Below, in pieces: positions 1 through 13,929 of a stretch of DNA of 64,000 nt. Position numbers and translations under genes: made by a program. The DNA is from the human T2T-CHM13v2.0 reference genome, Homo sapiens. The stretch is taken from NCBI RefSeq assembly GCF_009914755.1, contig NC_060929.1, one strand, 5' to 3'. How positions within the stretch are numbered: the first letter of the stretch is position 1; every line of letters begins with the position of its first letter. The notes under the pieces were generated by a model. That model had not been told where the DNA came from. It worked only from the letters and a program-made list of their open reading frames with translations, and ran no database searches.

Positions 1-27
1 ACCTCGTGATCTGCCCACCTCGGGCCT

Positions 28-2616
28 ATTTCTTTTAATAAGTAGAAGGTGTACACTACAATAACAATAAAAAATATGGTGTAGTAAATACACAAAAATG
101 TAATATATTTGTTTATTATTATTACTAAGTAAAATGTACTTGTATTAGTCCATTCTCACACTACTATAAAGACACTACCCGAGATTGGGTAATTCATAAA
201 GGAAAGAGGTTTAATTGAGTCACAGTTCTGCATGGCTGAGGAGGCCTCATGGAACTTACAATCATGGTGAAATGGGAAGCAGTCATCTTCTTCACAAGAC
301 AACAGGAGAGAGAAGGATTGTGTGTAGGAGGAGCTGTGAAACACTTAACAAAACCATCAGATCTCCTGAGAACTCACTCACTATCGTAAGAACAGTATGG
401 CAGAAACCGCCCACATGATCCAATCACCTTCCACCAGATCCTGCCCTCAACACATGGGTATTATGAAGATTACAATTCAAGATGAGATTTGGGTGGGGAT
501 ATAGAGCCAAAATATATCATTCCACCCCTGGCCCCTCCCAGATCTCACATATTTTTTACATTTCCAACCCAACATCATGCCTTCCTAACAGTCCCCCAGA
601 GTCTTAAATCATTTCAGCAGTAACTCAACAGCCCACAGTTCAAAGTCTCATCTGAGACAAGGCAAGACGTTTTGGCCTATAAGCCTGTAAAATCAAAAGC
701 AAGTTAGTTACTTCCTAGATACCATGAGGGTACAAGAATTGGATAAATGCTCCCATTCCAAATGGGAGAAATTAGTCAAAACAAAGGGGATGCAGGCCCC
801 ATGAAAGTCTGAAACCCAGCAGGGCAGTCATTAAAACTTAAAGCTTTAAAATAATCTCCTTGTCTCCATGTTTCACATCCAGGGCATGTTAATGCAAGGG
901 GTGGGCTCCCATGGCCTTGGGCAGTTCCTTCACAGGCTGGCATTGAGTGTCTGTGGCTTTTCCAGGTGCACAGTACAAGCTGTTGGTGGATCTTCCATTC
1001 AGGGGTCTGGAGAACAGTGGCCCTCTTCTCATAGCTTCACTAGGCAGTGCCCCAGTGGGGACTCTGTGTGGGAGCTTCAACCCCACATTTCCCTTCTGCA
1101 CTACCCTAGCAGAGGTTCTCCATGATGGCTCCACCCCTGCAACCAATCTCGACCTGGACATCCAGGCATTTCCATACAACCTATGAAATCTAGGCAGAGG
1201 TTTCCACACCTGAATTCTTGACTTCTGTGTACCCTCAGGCCCAACACCATATGGAATCCTCCAAGGCTTGGGGCTTGCACCCTCTGAATCAACAGATGAG
1301 CTGTACATTGGCTCCTTTTAGCCACGGCTGGAGCTGGAGTAGCAGCAGCTGGGACACAGGGCACCAAGTCCTGAGGTTGCCCAGAGCAACGGGGCCCTAG
1401 GCCCAGCCCATGAAACCATTTTTCCCTCAGAGGCTGCTGGGTCTGTGATGAGAAGGGCTGCCATGGAAGTCTCTGATACGCCCAAGAAAAATTTTGCCAT
1501 TGTTTTGGCTACTGTAATAACATTTGGCTTCTTGTTATTTAGGCAAATTTCTGTAGCCAGCTTGAATTCCTCCCCTGAAAAATGGGTTTTTCTTTTCTAC
1601 TGCATGGTCAGGCTGCAAATTTTCCAAACTTTTATGCCCTGCTTCCATTTTAAACATAAGTTCCAATTTGAGATAATGTTTCTCAAATTAAAAGTTCCAC
1701 AGATCTCTAGGACAGGGGCAAAATGCTTCCAGTCTCTTTGCTAAGGCAGAGTAACAGTGATCTTTGGGCTCTAGTTCCTAATGAGTTCTTGTCCATCCAA
1801 GACCACCTCAGCTTGGACTTCACTGTCTATATCACTATCAGCATTTTGGTCAAAACCATTCCACAGGTCCCTAGGAAGTTTCAAACTTTCTCACAACTTC
1901 CTGTCTTCTTCTGAGCCCTCCAAACACTTCCAACCTCTGCCCGATACCCAGTTCTAAAGTCACTTCCTCATTTTCAGTATCTTTATAGCAGTGCCCCACT
2001 CCCAGTACCAATTTACTCTATTAGTCTGTTCTCACACTGCTATAAAGATACTACCCAAGACAGGGTAATTTATAAAGGAAAGAGGATTAATTGACTCATA
2101 GTTCTGCATGGCTGGAGAGGCCTCAGAAAACTTACAATCATGGTGGAATAAAAGCAGTTGGCTTCTTCAAAAGGCAACAGGAGAGAATGAGTGTGTCTAG
2201 GAGAAATTTTCAAACACTTTTAAAACCATCGGATCTCATGAAAACTTACTCACTATCATGAGAACAGCATGAGGGAAACTGCCTCCAGGATCCAATCACT
2301 TCCCACCGGGTCTTGCCCTTGACACGGGAGGATCATGAGGATTACAATTCAAGATGAGATTTGGGTGGGGACACAGCCAAACAATATCAGTACTAGACAG
2401 AATTTTATGTGCTACACTTTTATATAACTGGCAATGAAGTAGGTTTGTTTACACCATCATTGCCACAAACAGGTGAGAAATATGTTAGACTATGATGTTA
2501 AGACAGCTCAGCTGCAATGTCACTAGGTAATATTCATCTCCATTATAATCTTATGGGACCACCATGATATATGCAGTCTATTGCTGAGCAAAACATCGTT
2601 ATGCAGTGCATGATTG
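28..2616. mobile_element. Tigger3/Golem-type DNA transposon remnant (28-140 and 2390-2616), split by a MaLR provirus
   Basis: Terminal segment ATTATAATCTTATGGGACCACC...AACATCGTTATGCAGTGCATGATTG followed by TA (2617-2618) resembles the Tigger3 terminal inverted repeat; the sequence resumes across the LTR element. Confidence 0.7.
141..2389 (-). mobile_element. Full-length ERVL-MaLR element (MST/THE1 type): LTR 141-~519, internal region, LTR ~2018-2389
   Basis: Two similar LTRs (TGTATTAGTCC...CCAAACAATATCA), MaLR-type internal sequence, 5-bp target-site duplication GTACT at 136-140 and 2390-2394. Confidence 0.9.
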
Positions 2617-2699
2617 TACATGATTTTGTTTGGTTTTATTAATTGCACTGGTTAAAATAATATATGTGTAATGTCAAGATCTACTGTTACTGATGTTTT

Positions 2700-3770
2700 A
2701 CCTCTTTGAGTGAAGTGTAGAAAACTTGTTTCCATATGAGTCTCTTTACTATCACTACTTTTTAGATATAATTATCTTAAATACTTCCTCTATGTTCCTT
2801 GAGCATCTAACCAGATAGGTCATTAATTTTTGCTTCAACTATTAGAAATGGCTTAAAAACTTAAGAGAAGTTTGATTATACATTATATTTATGCTTAATT
2901 TTACCCACTTAGATGGATGTTTGTAAAAGCTGCAAACCTTCTTCTTTTATCATTTCTTTTCTGTTTAGAGAACTTATTCTTTAAAGGTAAGTTTGTTAGC
3001 AACACATTACCTTAGCATTCTTTCATTAGACAATGTTTTCTATGTCACTTTAATGCCTGAAGAATATTATTGCTGGGTATTGAATTTACAGTTCACAGTT
3101 CTGTTCTTTCAGTACTTCAAAAATATTATCTGTTTCCTTCCAACCTTCATGGTTTCAGATGGAAAATCTGCTGTGGTTTACATTATTGTTTTTCTGTAAG
3201 AAATGTGCCATTTTTCTCTGTTTGCTTTCAAGATTTTTAATTTTTTTTTTCATTTCCAGAAATTGAATGTATTTGGGTGTATTCTATTTAGGGTTTGCTC
3301 TGTTTCTTGAATATTTAGGTTTATGTCTTCCATCTAATTTGGGAAGGTTGAAGTCATTATTTTTTAATAGTTTTTTAGTCCCACATTCTATCTCCTCGTC
3401 TTCTATATCTCCTGTGATTATGAATGTTAGCTCTTTTATTATTGTTCTAAAGTTTCCTGAAATGCTGTTAAATTTTTTTTTATCGGTTTTCTTCTTCTTG
3501 TTCAGACAGTAAATTCTGTTGGCATGTTTTCAGATTCACTGATTCCATCTTCTGCTCTGTGCTCTCTTCTTTTGTGACCATCCTCTGCATCTATTATTTC
3601 CATTATTGTATTTTAATTTTATTTAGTTCATGTTTACTTTTTATAACTTATAAGTCATTATTGAATTTATTTTTAATTTTAACTTTTATTTGTTCCAAGA
3701 GAATACAATATATAATTGCTTATTTAAACACTTTTATGATGGTTTCTTCAAAATCCTTGTTAGATAATTC
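2700..3770 (-). mobile_element. Old, diverged L1 (L1M-type) fragment
   Basis: T-rich degenerate sequence resembling antisense ancient L1; boundaries uncertain. Confidence 0.4.
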
Positions 3771-3773
3771 CAA

Positions 3774-4155
<382 letters not shown>

Positions 4156-4689
4156 TAGTTCTTTTGTCTTATAAGTGATTTTTATTGTGTCCTGAATTTT
4201 TTTTTATATTATGAGAATTTTTCTCTCTTATTATTTCGTAGATGGTTCCCTATTGATGTGTAACCTGAGAGCTGGGTGGGTGTGCGTGTTTATCTTCCTG
4301 ATGGGACCTACTAATACCATCCTACCAAAAGTAGAGTACTAACTTATACTTCCTTCTTGCAGACTGGTTAGGTGGAAGTTTGTCTTCTCCCTCCACCCAC
4401 TGGCAACCTCATGGCAAAAGTAGGGTACTGAGTTACATATCTTTGTTTCCTCCAAGTGAAAAAATAACCTCACTTCCCTGATGTGGTCCACTGACACCAG
4501 GGAGGGGGTGAGTAGGGGCCAACTCATACCACTTGGTTGCTTCCAAGGAGTAGGAGTGGGGAGAAGCTGTGTAAGAACAGAACTGATCATTAAAGACCCT
4601 ATTATAAATTCTTGCTTTTATAGTACTTATTCTCGTGGCTTAAATATTCCACACCAATTAATCACCACGGAATATATGAGACATTATAT

Positions 4690-5798
4690 TAATTATTAAA
4701 TTTTACATGGCAACACTAACAATATTAACTCCCATTTTCTATCTCTTTAATTGAGGTCATTCTTTAGAAGTTTAAGTATAATCCATTCTTCTGTCCTACA
4801 CGACTGAGTGAAAGAGCATGTAGCAGCAACATATAGTACCAGTATGTAATCCTAATGCAATGGCACACCCCAGATGACCCTTTTGTGTATTGGGATTGAC
4901 CATGGTTTTTCAGTTTAATCAAAGTTTAATTGATTAAACTCGGGGTTCACATTTTCTTTCTACACACCAATATTGAAGAGAAGTACTACAAAATACATAG
5001 GAGCACTAAACTGGTAGTAATAAGAAAAACATAAAATATTTAAGATAATGTGTTGCTTTTATTTCTAATATTAGCTACTGATACAATCAAAGCACTGCGG
5101 CTCAGTTTTCTCTTTTGTAAGAGGACAAGTTTGTATTAGTTAATCTTTAAATGTCTCTACAATCTGATTCTGAGATTGTGAATAAATAGATCTAAATACT
5201 GTTATAGGTATATAAATACAGATATAAATGCAGGTATGGGTAAAATTATGGCTATGGGTCCCAGCCTTAAATTCTTATTTTTTTATAACTAATTGATGTT
5301 CAGGGATAGATTTATGTGATCTGCTCATTTGCAGGGGCCCATCACTTGGCTAATTCTTTGGTGTCATTCGTGTCAAGTTTTAAATAATTTTTGAGGAAGA
5401 TGTCCTATATTTTAATTTTGCACTGAACACTGCAAATTTTGTAGCTGTTCCTGTTAATTTGTTAATGAAATTTCTCTTTAGAAACTATTAAATTAATAAG
5501 ACAATAATTAAGCAAATAATTATTAAATTTTACATGGTAACACTAGCAATATTAACTCCCATTTTCTATCACTTTAATTCAGGCCATCCTTTAGAGGTTT
5601 AAGTATAATCCATTCTTATGTCCTACACAACTGAGTGTGTAGTACCAGTACGTAATCCTAATGTAATGGCACACCCCAGATGACCTTTTTGTGTGTTGGC
5701 ATGGTTTTTCAGTTTAAGCAAAAGTTTAATTGATTGAAACTTGAAGTTCACATTTTTTTTTCTACACACCAATATTGAAGAGAAGTCCTACAAAATAC
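4690..5798 (+). repeat. Diverged direct repeat: 4690-4996 and 5517-5798
   Basis: Both copies begin TAATTATTAAATTTTACATGG and end TACACACCAATATTGAAGAGAAGT.CTACAAAATAC, with substitutions and indels between them. Confidence 0.9.
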
Positions 5799-5970
5799 TT
5801 ATTCTATGGAAAAAAACAAAGTCCACTTTAGATCTAAAATGGTTGCATAAAATTTTGAGAATAACTTAAATGTTATATGAATGTAAGTAAAAATTTTACT
5901 GTAAACTTTGTAAATGCTAACTATAAACAGAAAACAAGTATATCTTATATAAAGAAATGTGTAGACTCTC

Positions 5971-6337
5971 TGTATTAATCCATTTTCACATTGCTATAAA
6001 GAATACCCGAGACAGGGTAATTTACAAAGGAAAGAGGCTTAATTGACTCACAGTTCTGCACGGCTGGGGAGGCCTCAGGGAACTTACAATCATGGTGGAA
6101 GGGGAAGCAGGCACGTCTTACATGGCAGCAGGGGAGAGAGAGCATGTGAAGGAGGCACTGTCAAACACTTGTAAAACCATCAGATCTCATGAGAACTCAT
6201 TCACTATCATGAGAACATCTAGGGGAAACTGTGCCCATGATCCAATCACCTCCCAACAGGCCCCTCAACACATGGGCATTATGGGAATTACGATTCAAGA
6301 TGAGATTTGGGTGACAGCACAGAGCCAAACCATATCA
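5971..6337 (-). mobile_element. Solo MaLR LTR (MSTA/THE1D-like)
   Basis: TGTATTAATCC...CCAAACCATATCA; target-site duplication CTCTC at 5966-5970 and 6338-6342. Confidence 0.9.
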
Positions 6338-6821
6338 CTCTCTGTGCCTTGTATTTCTCATACTAGTCAATGCCAACTCATTAAAATTATCTGGAGATAT
6401 AACATTTTTGGGGGATTATATATTGCCACTACTGTTATATTTTTGTCAGGATAATGTAGCAATTCCCAAATAAGTCATACTTAAACCTCCACAGAAAAGA
6501 TAAATAGAAATGAGAATTCCATTGCCAGCATTGCTTTGAAAAACGTTTCAGAACTTTGAATATATATACTCATAAACACACACACATACACAGATATATA
6601 TTTCTGCATGTGTATATACATATATGGATACATATGTTCTTAAACTTTCTTTTAACAGAAAAATTAAAATAGAAGGAAAATAATAGAGCACTAGTTATAT
6701 AACTAGTATTATATAAATAATGTTATGTAACTAGTTATATAATTAAAAATATAAGAACCTAGGTGAGAATGAGAAAGTCTAGATTTAGATTTACTACTTT
6801 TCCTAATACACACCCACACAC

Positions 6822-6826
<5 letters not shown>

Positions 6827-6858
<32 letters not shown>
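6827..6858. repeat. (TG)n microsatellite
   Basis: Direct reading. Confidence 0.95.
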
Positions 6859-6862
<4 letters not shown>

Positions 6863-6863
6863 C

Positions 6864-7303
6864 TGTATTTGTCTCATAGTGGCTGGAGCACATTACTACC
6901 AACTTAGTGGATTAAAACACCACAAATCTACTATCTTACAGTTCTGCAAGTAAAGACTAAAATAGAGTCACATAGGTGAAAATCAAGAGCTTCTACTCTC
7001 TTGAGGCTGCTTGGATTCTTGGCTATAACCCCTTTCTCCATCTTGAAATTCTGTCACTCCAACCTCTGCTTTCATAACACATCTCCCATCTCCTTCCTAA
7101 CTCGAAGGCATCTTCTCAGTCTTACAAGAACTCCACTTGGGTTCACATTTGGAACACCCAAATAACCCATCTTAATATTCTCATCTCTAGATCCTTAAAT
7201 AATTGCTTCTACAATGTCCTTTTTGTCATGGAAGGTGACATTTTCACAGGTTCCAGAAATTAGGACGTCGACATTTTAGTAAGCCATTATTCTGTCTACC
7301 ACA
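6864..7303 (-). mobile_element. MLT1-type solo LTR
   Basis: ACCAACTTAGTGGATTAAAACA...CTTACAGTTCTG start and ATTATTCTGTCTACCACA end typical of antisense MLT1. Confidence 0.7.
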
Positions 7304-8356
7304 GTGGCCTTGAATAGAAATCCTTCAGTTTTCATATACAGAAACAAAACATTCTTCCAAATGAGGAAGCTAGATTGGGAAAAAAAAAAGTCAGCCACAC
7401 AGGTCTCCCCATTAAAACTTAAAGATGGTTACATATTTTATTCTGAGTTAAAATGGAGAGTCTTCCTATATAACTCTCTTTCCACTGTATGATTTATCAC
7501 TTAATAGCTCTCCCTTTCCGTTGTATGATTTGTCACTTAATATCTCTCTCTTACTTGAAGTCAGAGAACAGCAAACAGTTTGCAAAATATATAGTCTATA
7601 AGTTGTGGTCCAAATAGTTCTTAGAATTCAGCTACATCTAAGTACACAATTACTTATTTAAGCTTGATTCAGTGAAACAGATTTTCAGTTGAGTTTCTTA
7701 ATGGGAATGACCAGTCACATTTTTCAAATTTGGCTTTATGCATAAATTGACAAATTATTTATAATTTGAAACATCTGGGCTCATTTTTTAAAAACAACTC
7801 ATAAAATAAGAAATCATTTTATTGGTTCAAGCACGCATGCTATTAAATGACTCATCTTAATTTTTATCTTTTCATAAATGTTGAAAAATCTCAAGAAACC
7901 GTTATGTTGTCCTAAAAATGGGCAAGCAAGGTTAATTTGTTTTTGATGTTTAGATAGTTAGGTTATTTCTCATTTTTCTTTTAGGGATTACGTTGCTATC
8001 CTAAAGCTTGACATTGGTTAGAGTCAGCCAATGTCAAATTTTTACCTATAGATAGTCTTAGAAAGATATTGCAAATTAGTGCTGCTTCTAGTAGCTAAAA
8101 TAACCTGCAGCTAGCTGGCAGGCAGCAGTGAATATTTTAAAAGGTGTACCAAATTACATTTAGATTTTCAGTTCCTTTTGAAGTGAAAAGAATATTCAAA
8201 GCTTGGAAGTCTTTGACTCTCATAAGCCTAGTAGATTTCAAGTATAAACATAGATTTAAAGATAGTTTACAGACAAATTGTGGATTTTATGTTATAATCT
8301 CAGATTAATGATTTTTTCCTTTTTGTGATTTTTTTCCCAAAGTAATTGTAAAGGAC

Positions 8357-8387
<31 letters not shown>

Positions 8388-8415
8388 AACAGAGAGAAAG
8401 AAACAGAGATAGAGA
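8357..8415. repeat. Compound (TG)n(AG)n microsatellite
   Basis: Direct reading. Confidence 0.9.
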
Positions 8416-8985
8416 CATTGTCCAAATGTACACGTAAGATTTTCTGTGACAATTACACATGGATTATCTAGTAACAAGTTGAACTACATGAAGCAATTGT
8501 ATATCATCAGATATATACTATATGAAACAACTGTGTATAATCAGATTTATACTACATGAAGCAACTATAATCAGATTTACACCACTTTCTGAAGAAAACT
8601 ACAATTAATTGGATACTAAAGTGGTTTCTGAAAGCCTAATTATTCTCAAGTCCATATGTGTGTTTGGTGGGATGGCAGTGAGTTTTTGGAACAAGCTTAA
8701 CTGTTTTTTGAAATAGTTGTGAACTTCACAAGTTAGATGAAATACATGTCACAAGAAATTTTCCATGTGGAGACAATTTAGTAGTATTTCCACATTTATG
8801 TTCAATAAGTGTAAATTATAAAATGATATTTTTGCTCAAAAATAAATGAAAATAACACATTTGAAACAAAAGTAGACTCACCCACCCTCCAGAATGATAT
8901 CCAAAGACCAAAGGAAGTTTGGCCTTTTTTAGGCATTTGAGACTTGCTTTCAGTAAATCATATCATCATATTTATTTCTATAACT

Positions 8986-9293
<308 letters not shown>

Positions 9294-10475
9294 TAACTTT
9301 TTATATTACTGTTTATCATGAGTACGCACAAAAAACCACTTTTTGAATATCTTTTTCTCAGATATTTAATTATTAAGAACAAGGCAAAAATGTGTATACA
9401 TTAGGTAAAAACTGCGAAAGCATGTCCAAAGAAGAAATAAAGTTCTGTAAATACTCAGAATCAACAGTTGAATAGGTATTCAGGTTTTCAGAGTTAAAAG
9501 CACAAATGCATATTTTAGTCTCTTTTCATTTTATTTTAAATATGACTATCCATAGAATGACTATTGCACAGTTTCATATAACTCCCTTATTTGTGTATTT
9601 AGTAACTGAGATTCATTATTTTTTAATTAGTACCTAAATAATTACTAGTAATCTGAAACTGATTTTCTTTTATGAGGGCAAAATGCTTTTTCTTTTAATA
9701 GGAAAAAGCAAAAAGGAAGTTAGTTTAAGTATTTTTTAAATAAAAGAAATTGACAAAATAAAAAGCATGTTAAATTTAATTGTAACCCTGATGTATGTAA
9801 AACCTTTATTAAAAAGATTTTTCCAAAGTTCTTATTAAGCTTTAATTAGCTATTTGTATATATTACCTTACTGGCATTTTAAAAGTATAATTATTACATA
9901 TTGTGTGGAAAGATTTAAACATTCAGAAAATATAAAACTCAGTGCAACTATTTTTTCCTACTCTTCATGTATTATAATTCAGTCTTTTTGATAATTTTAT
10001 ATATATAGAAGGTATGATATTTATATTACATTTAAAATTTAGTACAACTTTTATTAAAGTGTACATATTATTTATACAATGCTTTTTTCTTTTCTATATC
10101 TATACAGCTTACCCATTTTTGAGAAGGCTGCATTTTTTTCTATAACATGTATATGTTGTACTTTACTTGTCTATATCCCCATTAAGAGATATGTTGCTTC
10201 CAGGTTTCATTATTATAAATACTGTTTCAGTGAACAGCTTTCAATATACATCTTTGTGCCCATGTGACAATAAAAGTATTTTTGTATGCATCTGCAAGTA
10301 TAATAGTTATAGTGTCCATGCATTTTCAATTGGGTAGTTGTTTCAAAATAGCCCTACATTTTTCAAATAATTCTAATTCAAAGGACTGCTCCCCTTTCAA
10401 ACCTGGTAAATATTGAAGTCCTTAATGCTTTTGCCAGAATTAGGCTGAATTGACAGAGCACTGATATGTAGAAGA

Positions 10476-10545
10476 TATATATATATATATATATATACAT
10501 GTATATTATATATATAATATATTATAAATATAATATATATATATA
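10476..10545. repeat. (TA)n / AT-rich simple repeat
   Basis: Direct reading. Confidence 0.9.
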
Positions 10546-12216
10546 AAATTCTTAAAATTTAGCAAGTAACTGAACAACAAAAATGACAGATAAAAGAAGC
10601 AGGTCATGCATAGCCTATCTGCCTGAGATTTATTTAACCCTTCTTCAGAAGAGGCTTTGATTCTTGTCTCTCTGTGTCTACCTATAGACAGCATTTCTCC
10701 CAGGAAGCTTGCCCTGACCTCCTAGAATTGGTTATGTACCATTTATATATTTTTCATATTCCAATGTACATAACTCATAACAGAAATTATCACAAGGGAA
10801 CAGCTGTGGTTTTATTGTTATGTCTAGCTATCCAGCTATCATCTTCACCAGACTGTAAGCTCCTTGAAGGCAGAAGCCAGATTTATCTTCATGACCTCTG
10901 TGTTTTAGATGAGGTCTCAGAGATAGAGGTCAGAATTTTCCCTCTAGGTAAATTAATTAGATTAACCTCAACTTATACAAAACAGTAGTCATTAAATTTA
11001 TCCCCAGCCATCAGGAGCTTAACTACTCTGGAGAGAGAGCCAGGTGTTGGAGTAGGCAATTAAGACATCAAGACAAAAGGACATTAACAAACCTTTGAGG
11101 TTAAACTGGAAAAAGCCCTGACGGTCCAGTCCCCATCCTTTTTTTCCTTCATGAAACAGCTCTATCAAGGATCACATGGGTCAGCACAGATGTGGAGTTG
11201 TCTCACTATCAAAGGAACCCTGAACAACAGGCTCCTGCCTGCAGTTTTATGGAAGGTCAGGAAAAGGCTGGGAGCGGAAAAGCACTGAGTATTGAATCAG
11301 AAGGAAGACAATTGTCTTCAAGACTCCTCCTCCTCTCCCCATGAAAAGGAGGTCTTGGGCAAACATGCCTGGGGAAGGTCTGCCAAGGTCCCACAGTGGA
11401 GAGGCCTCCAGGGGAGGCACCAGTCAAGTGATGCTGATCTGTGTGTGAGCATGGCCCTGCAGCCCTTACTGAAACTGCCATTAGAGGACTATGCACTAGT
11501 GTGGGGAGGGCAGCTCTCCCTGTGGGACCCACTTGGTCAAGTCTTTGTCATTGTTTATGGATGGGCCCAAAAATCACATATAGGATTGAGTCTGGGGCTG
11601 AACTCTTTACTGCTCTGTCTGTATTCCCTGTCTTGGTTGACACCTAATACATGACTAAGAAACTAAGAAATCATTTTAGACGTCGTTTTTGTGTCTGTGT
11701 TTTATGCTTTGTTGGCTTGAAAACTTCATCCAATAAAACTTTAGTTATTTTTATTACCATTTCTTCCTTTATGACCCCACAGCATCCTCCATGTGCCAGG
11801 GTCCAAATCATCTTTAACCCGGACTATTCTATCAGTACCCAAATATATTCTTTCATCAAAATATATTCTTTCTCTTCTCTGGCTGTAATCTCATTCATTT
11901 CCAGGCTACTTCTTTTCAAACTAAAAAGCAAATATAATCACACTATTCTCTTTCTTCAAACACTTTCCCAATTCCTAGAGTAAAATCCCCCTTTTATAAC
12001 ATATAAGGCCTCAGTGACCTACCCTCAGGACTTCTTTAATTATTCTCCCATATTGTCCTATTATGTACCTGTTCCATCATCCTTACAACCCTCAGAACTC
12101 CCTAATCTGTTTTAATGCCACATTGTTATGCTCTTAATTTCCTTTGATAAAATGATTCTTTCCATTCATAAACTAGTTGATTACCACAATTTCTTAAGTA
12201 TTCTATTGAAGTTTAT

Positions 12217-12592
12217 CTTATTAGTCCATTTCACACTGCTATAAAGATACTACCTGAGAATGGATAATTTATAAACAAAAGAGGCTTACTTGACTCACAA
12301 TTCCACATGGCTGAACTTATAAGTGAACTTATAATTAAACTTATAATCATGGTGGAAGGTGAAGGGAAAGCAAGGCAAGTCTTACACTGTGGCAGGTAAG
12401 AGAGAGAGCATGCAGGGGAAACTGCCACTTATAAAACCATCAGATCTCCTGAGAACCCCCTCACTATCACAAGAACAGCATAGAAAACCACCCTTTTGAG
12501 CTAATCACCTCCCACCAGGTCCCTCCCCATGACACATGGGGATTACAATTCGAGTTGAGATTTGGGTGGGGACACAGAGCCAAATCATAACA
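12217..12592 (-). mobile_element. Solo MaLR LTR (MST/THE1D-like)
   Basis: TATTAGTCCATTTCACACTGCTATAAAG...GAGCCAAATCATAACA; same family as the LTRs at 141 and 5971. Confidence 0.88.
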
Positions 12593-12962
12593 TGTATCTT
12601 CTTTGCCAAGATTTTCCTTACAACGCAAAGTAGATTGACATATTTTAATTTCTTCCATCCCACCCCACCATAATATTCTTACCTCTATGACAGTGCTCAT
12701 CAAAATTTGTAGCTATTATTTGTTTAAATGACTTCATTATGCTTCTTAAGAGGCATAAACTTTCTGCTATATTCATCTTTGTATGCCTGTCACACATTAC
12801 ATTGGCTGAGACAAGGTAAATATTTAATACATATCTATTAAATAAGAAACTTAAAAAAATAAAAGAGTGAATGAATAACTGTATCTAGGAAGTATGAAAG
12901 TGACTTATCTTTTAGCATTTTTCATCAAGGAATTAAGAAATGTGTGGGGAAAAAGTTAAGAG

Positions 12963-13770
12963 GCCCCAGTTAAAATGGCTTTTATCCCAAATTCAGGCAA
13001 TAACAAAAGTTGGCGAGGATATACAGAAAAAGGAACCCTTGCACACTGTCAGTGGGAATGTACATTAGTATGACCCTTAAGGAGAACAGTCTGGAGGTTT
13101 CTCAAAAAGCAAAAATTGAGCTATCATATGATCCAGCAATCCCACTCCTGGGTGTATAACCAAAAGAAAGGACATAGTATATCAGAGAGATATCTGCACT
13201 CCATGTTTATTTCAGCACTACTCACAATAGCCAAAATTTGGAATCAACCTAAGTATCCATCAAGAGATGAATGAATAAAGAAAATATAGTACATATACAA
13301 AATGGAATACCATTCAGCCATAAAAAACAATGAGTTCCTGTCATCTGCTACAATGTGGATAGAACTGGAGGTCATTATGTTAAGTGAAACAAGCCAGGCG
13401 CAGAAAGACAAACTTCGGATGCTCTCACTTATTTGTGGGAGCTAAGGCTTAAAACAATTGAACTCATGGAGATAAACAGTATAAAGGTTAACAGGCTGAG
13501 AAGGGTAGTGAGGGTTTGGGAGGAAAGCGGGGCAGACTAATAGGTACAAAAACATAGTTAGAAAGAATGAATAAGACCTAGCATTTGCTAGCACAACAGG
13601 GTGACTATAGTCAAAAATAATTTAATCGTACATTTAAAAATAACTAGAAGAGTATAATCAGATTGTTTGTAACACAAAGGATAACTGTGTGAAGTGATGG
13701 ATATTCAATTTACCCTGATGTGATTATTATGCATGTATCAAAACATCTCATGTACTCCATAAATTTTCAA
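12963..13770 (+). mobile_element. L1 3' end (L1MA-type): end of ORF2 and 3'UTR
   Basis: CCCCAGTTAAAATGGCT, GATCCAGCAATCCCACTCCTGGG, GCACAACAGGGTGACTATAGTC motifs. Confidence 0.88.
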
Positions 13771-13887
13771 AAGAAGTATGTATAGCATAACGCTTAAAAT
13801 AATATACTGTAATAGTCTACAACTTGGCAAGAAATTAAGCTTTCGTTTATTTTTGTCACAACAGGTATACTACATGCAGATTAAAAT

Positions 13888-13888
13888 A

Positions 13889-13927
<39 letters not shown>
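13888..13927. repeat. (TA)n microsatellite
   Basis: Direct reading. Confidence 0.9.

Positions 13928-13929
<2 letters not shown>

Noticed and set aside
868-1914. ORFs in MaLR internal regions (also 53635-55274 and 17990-19196)
   Set aside because: Fragmented remnants of non-autonomous LTR element interiors
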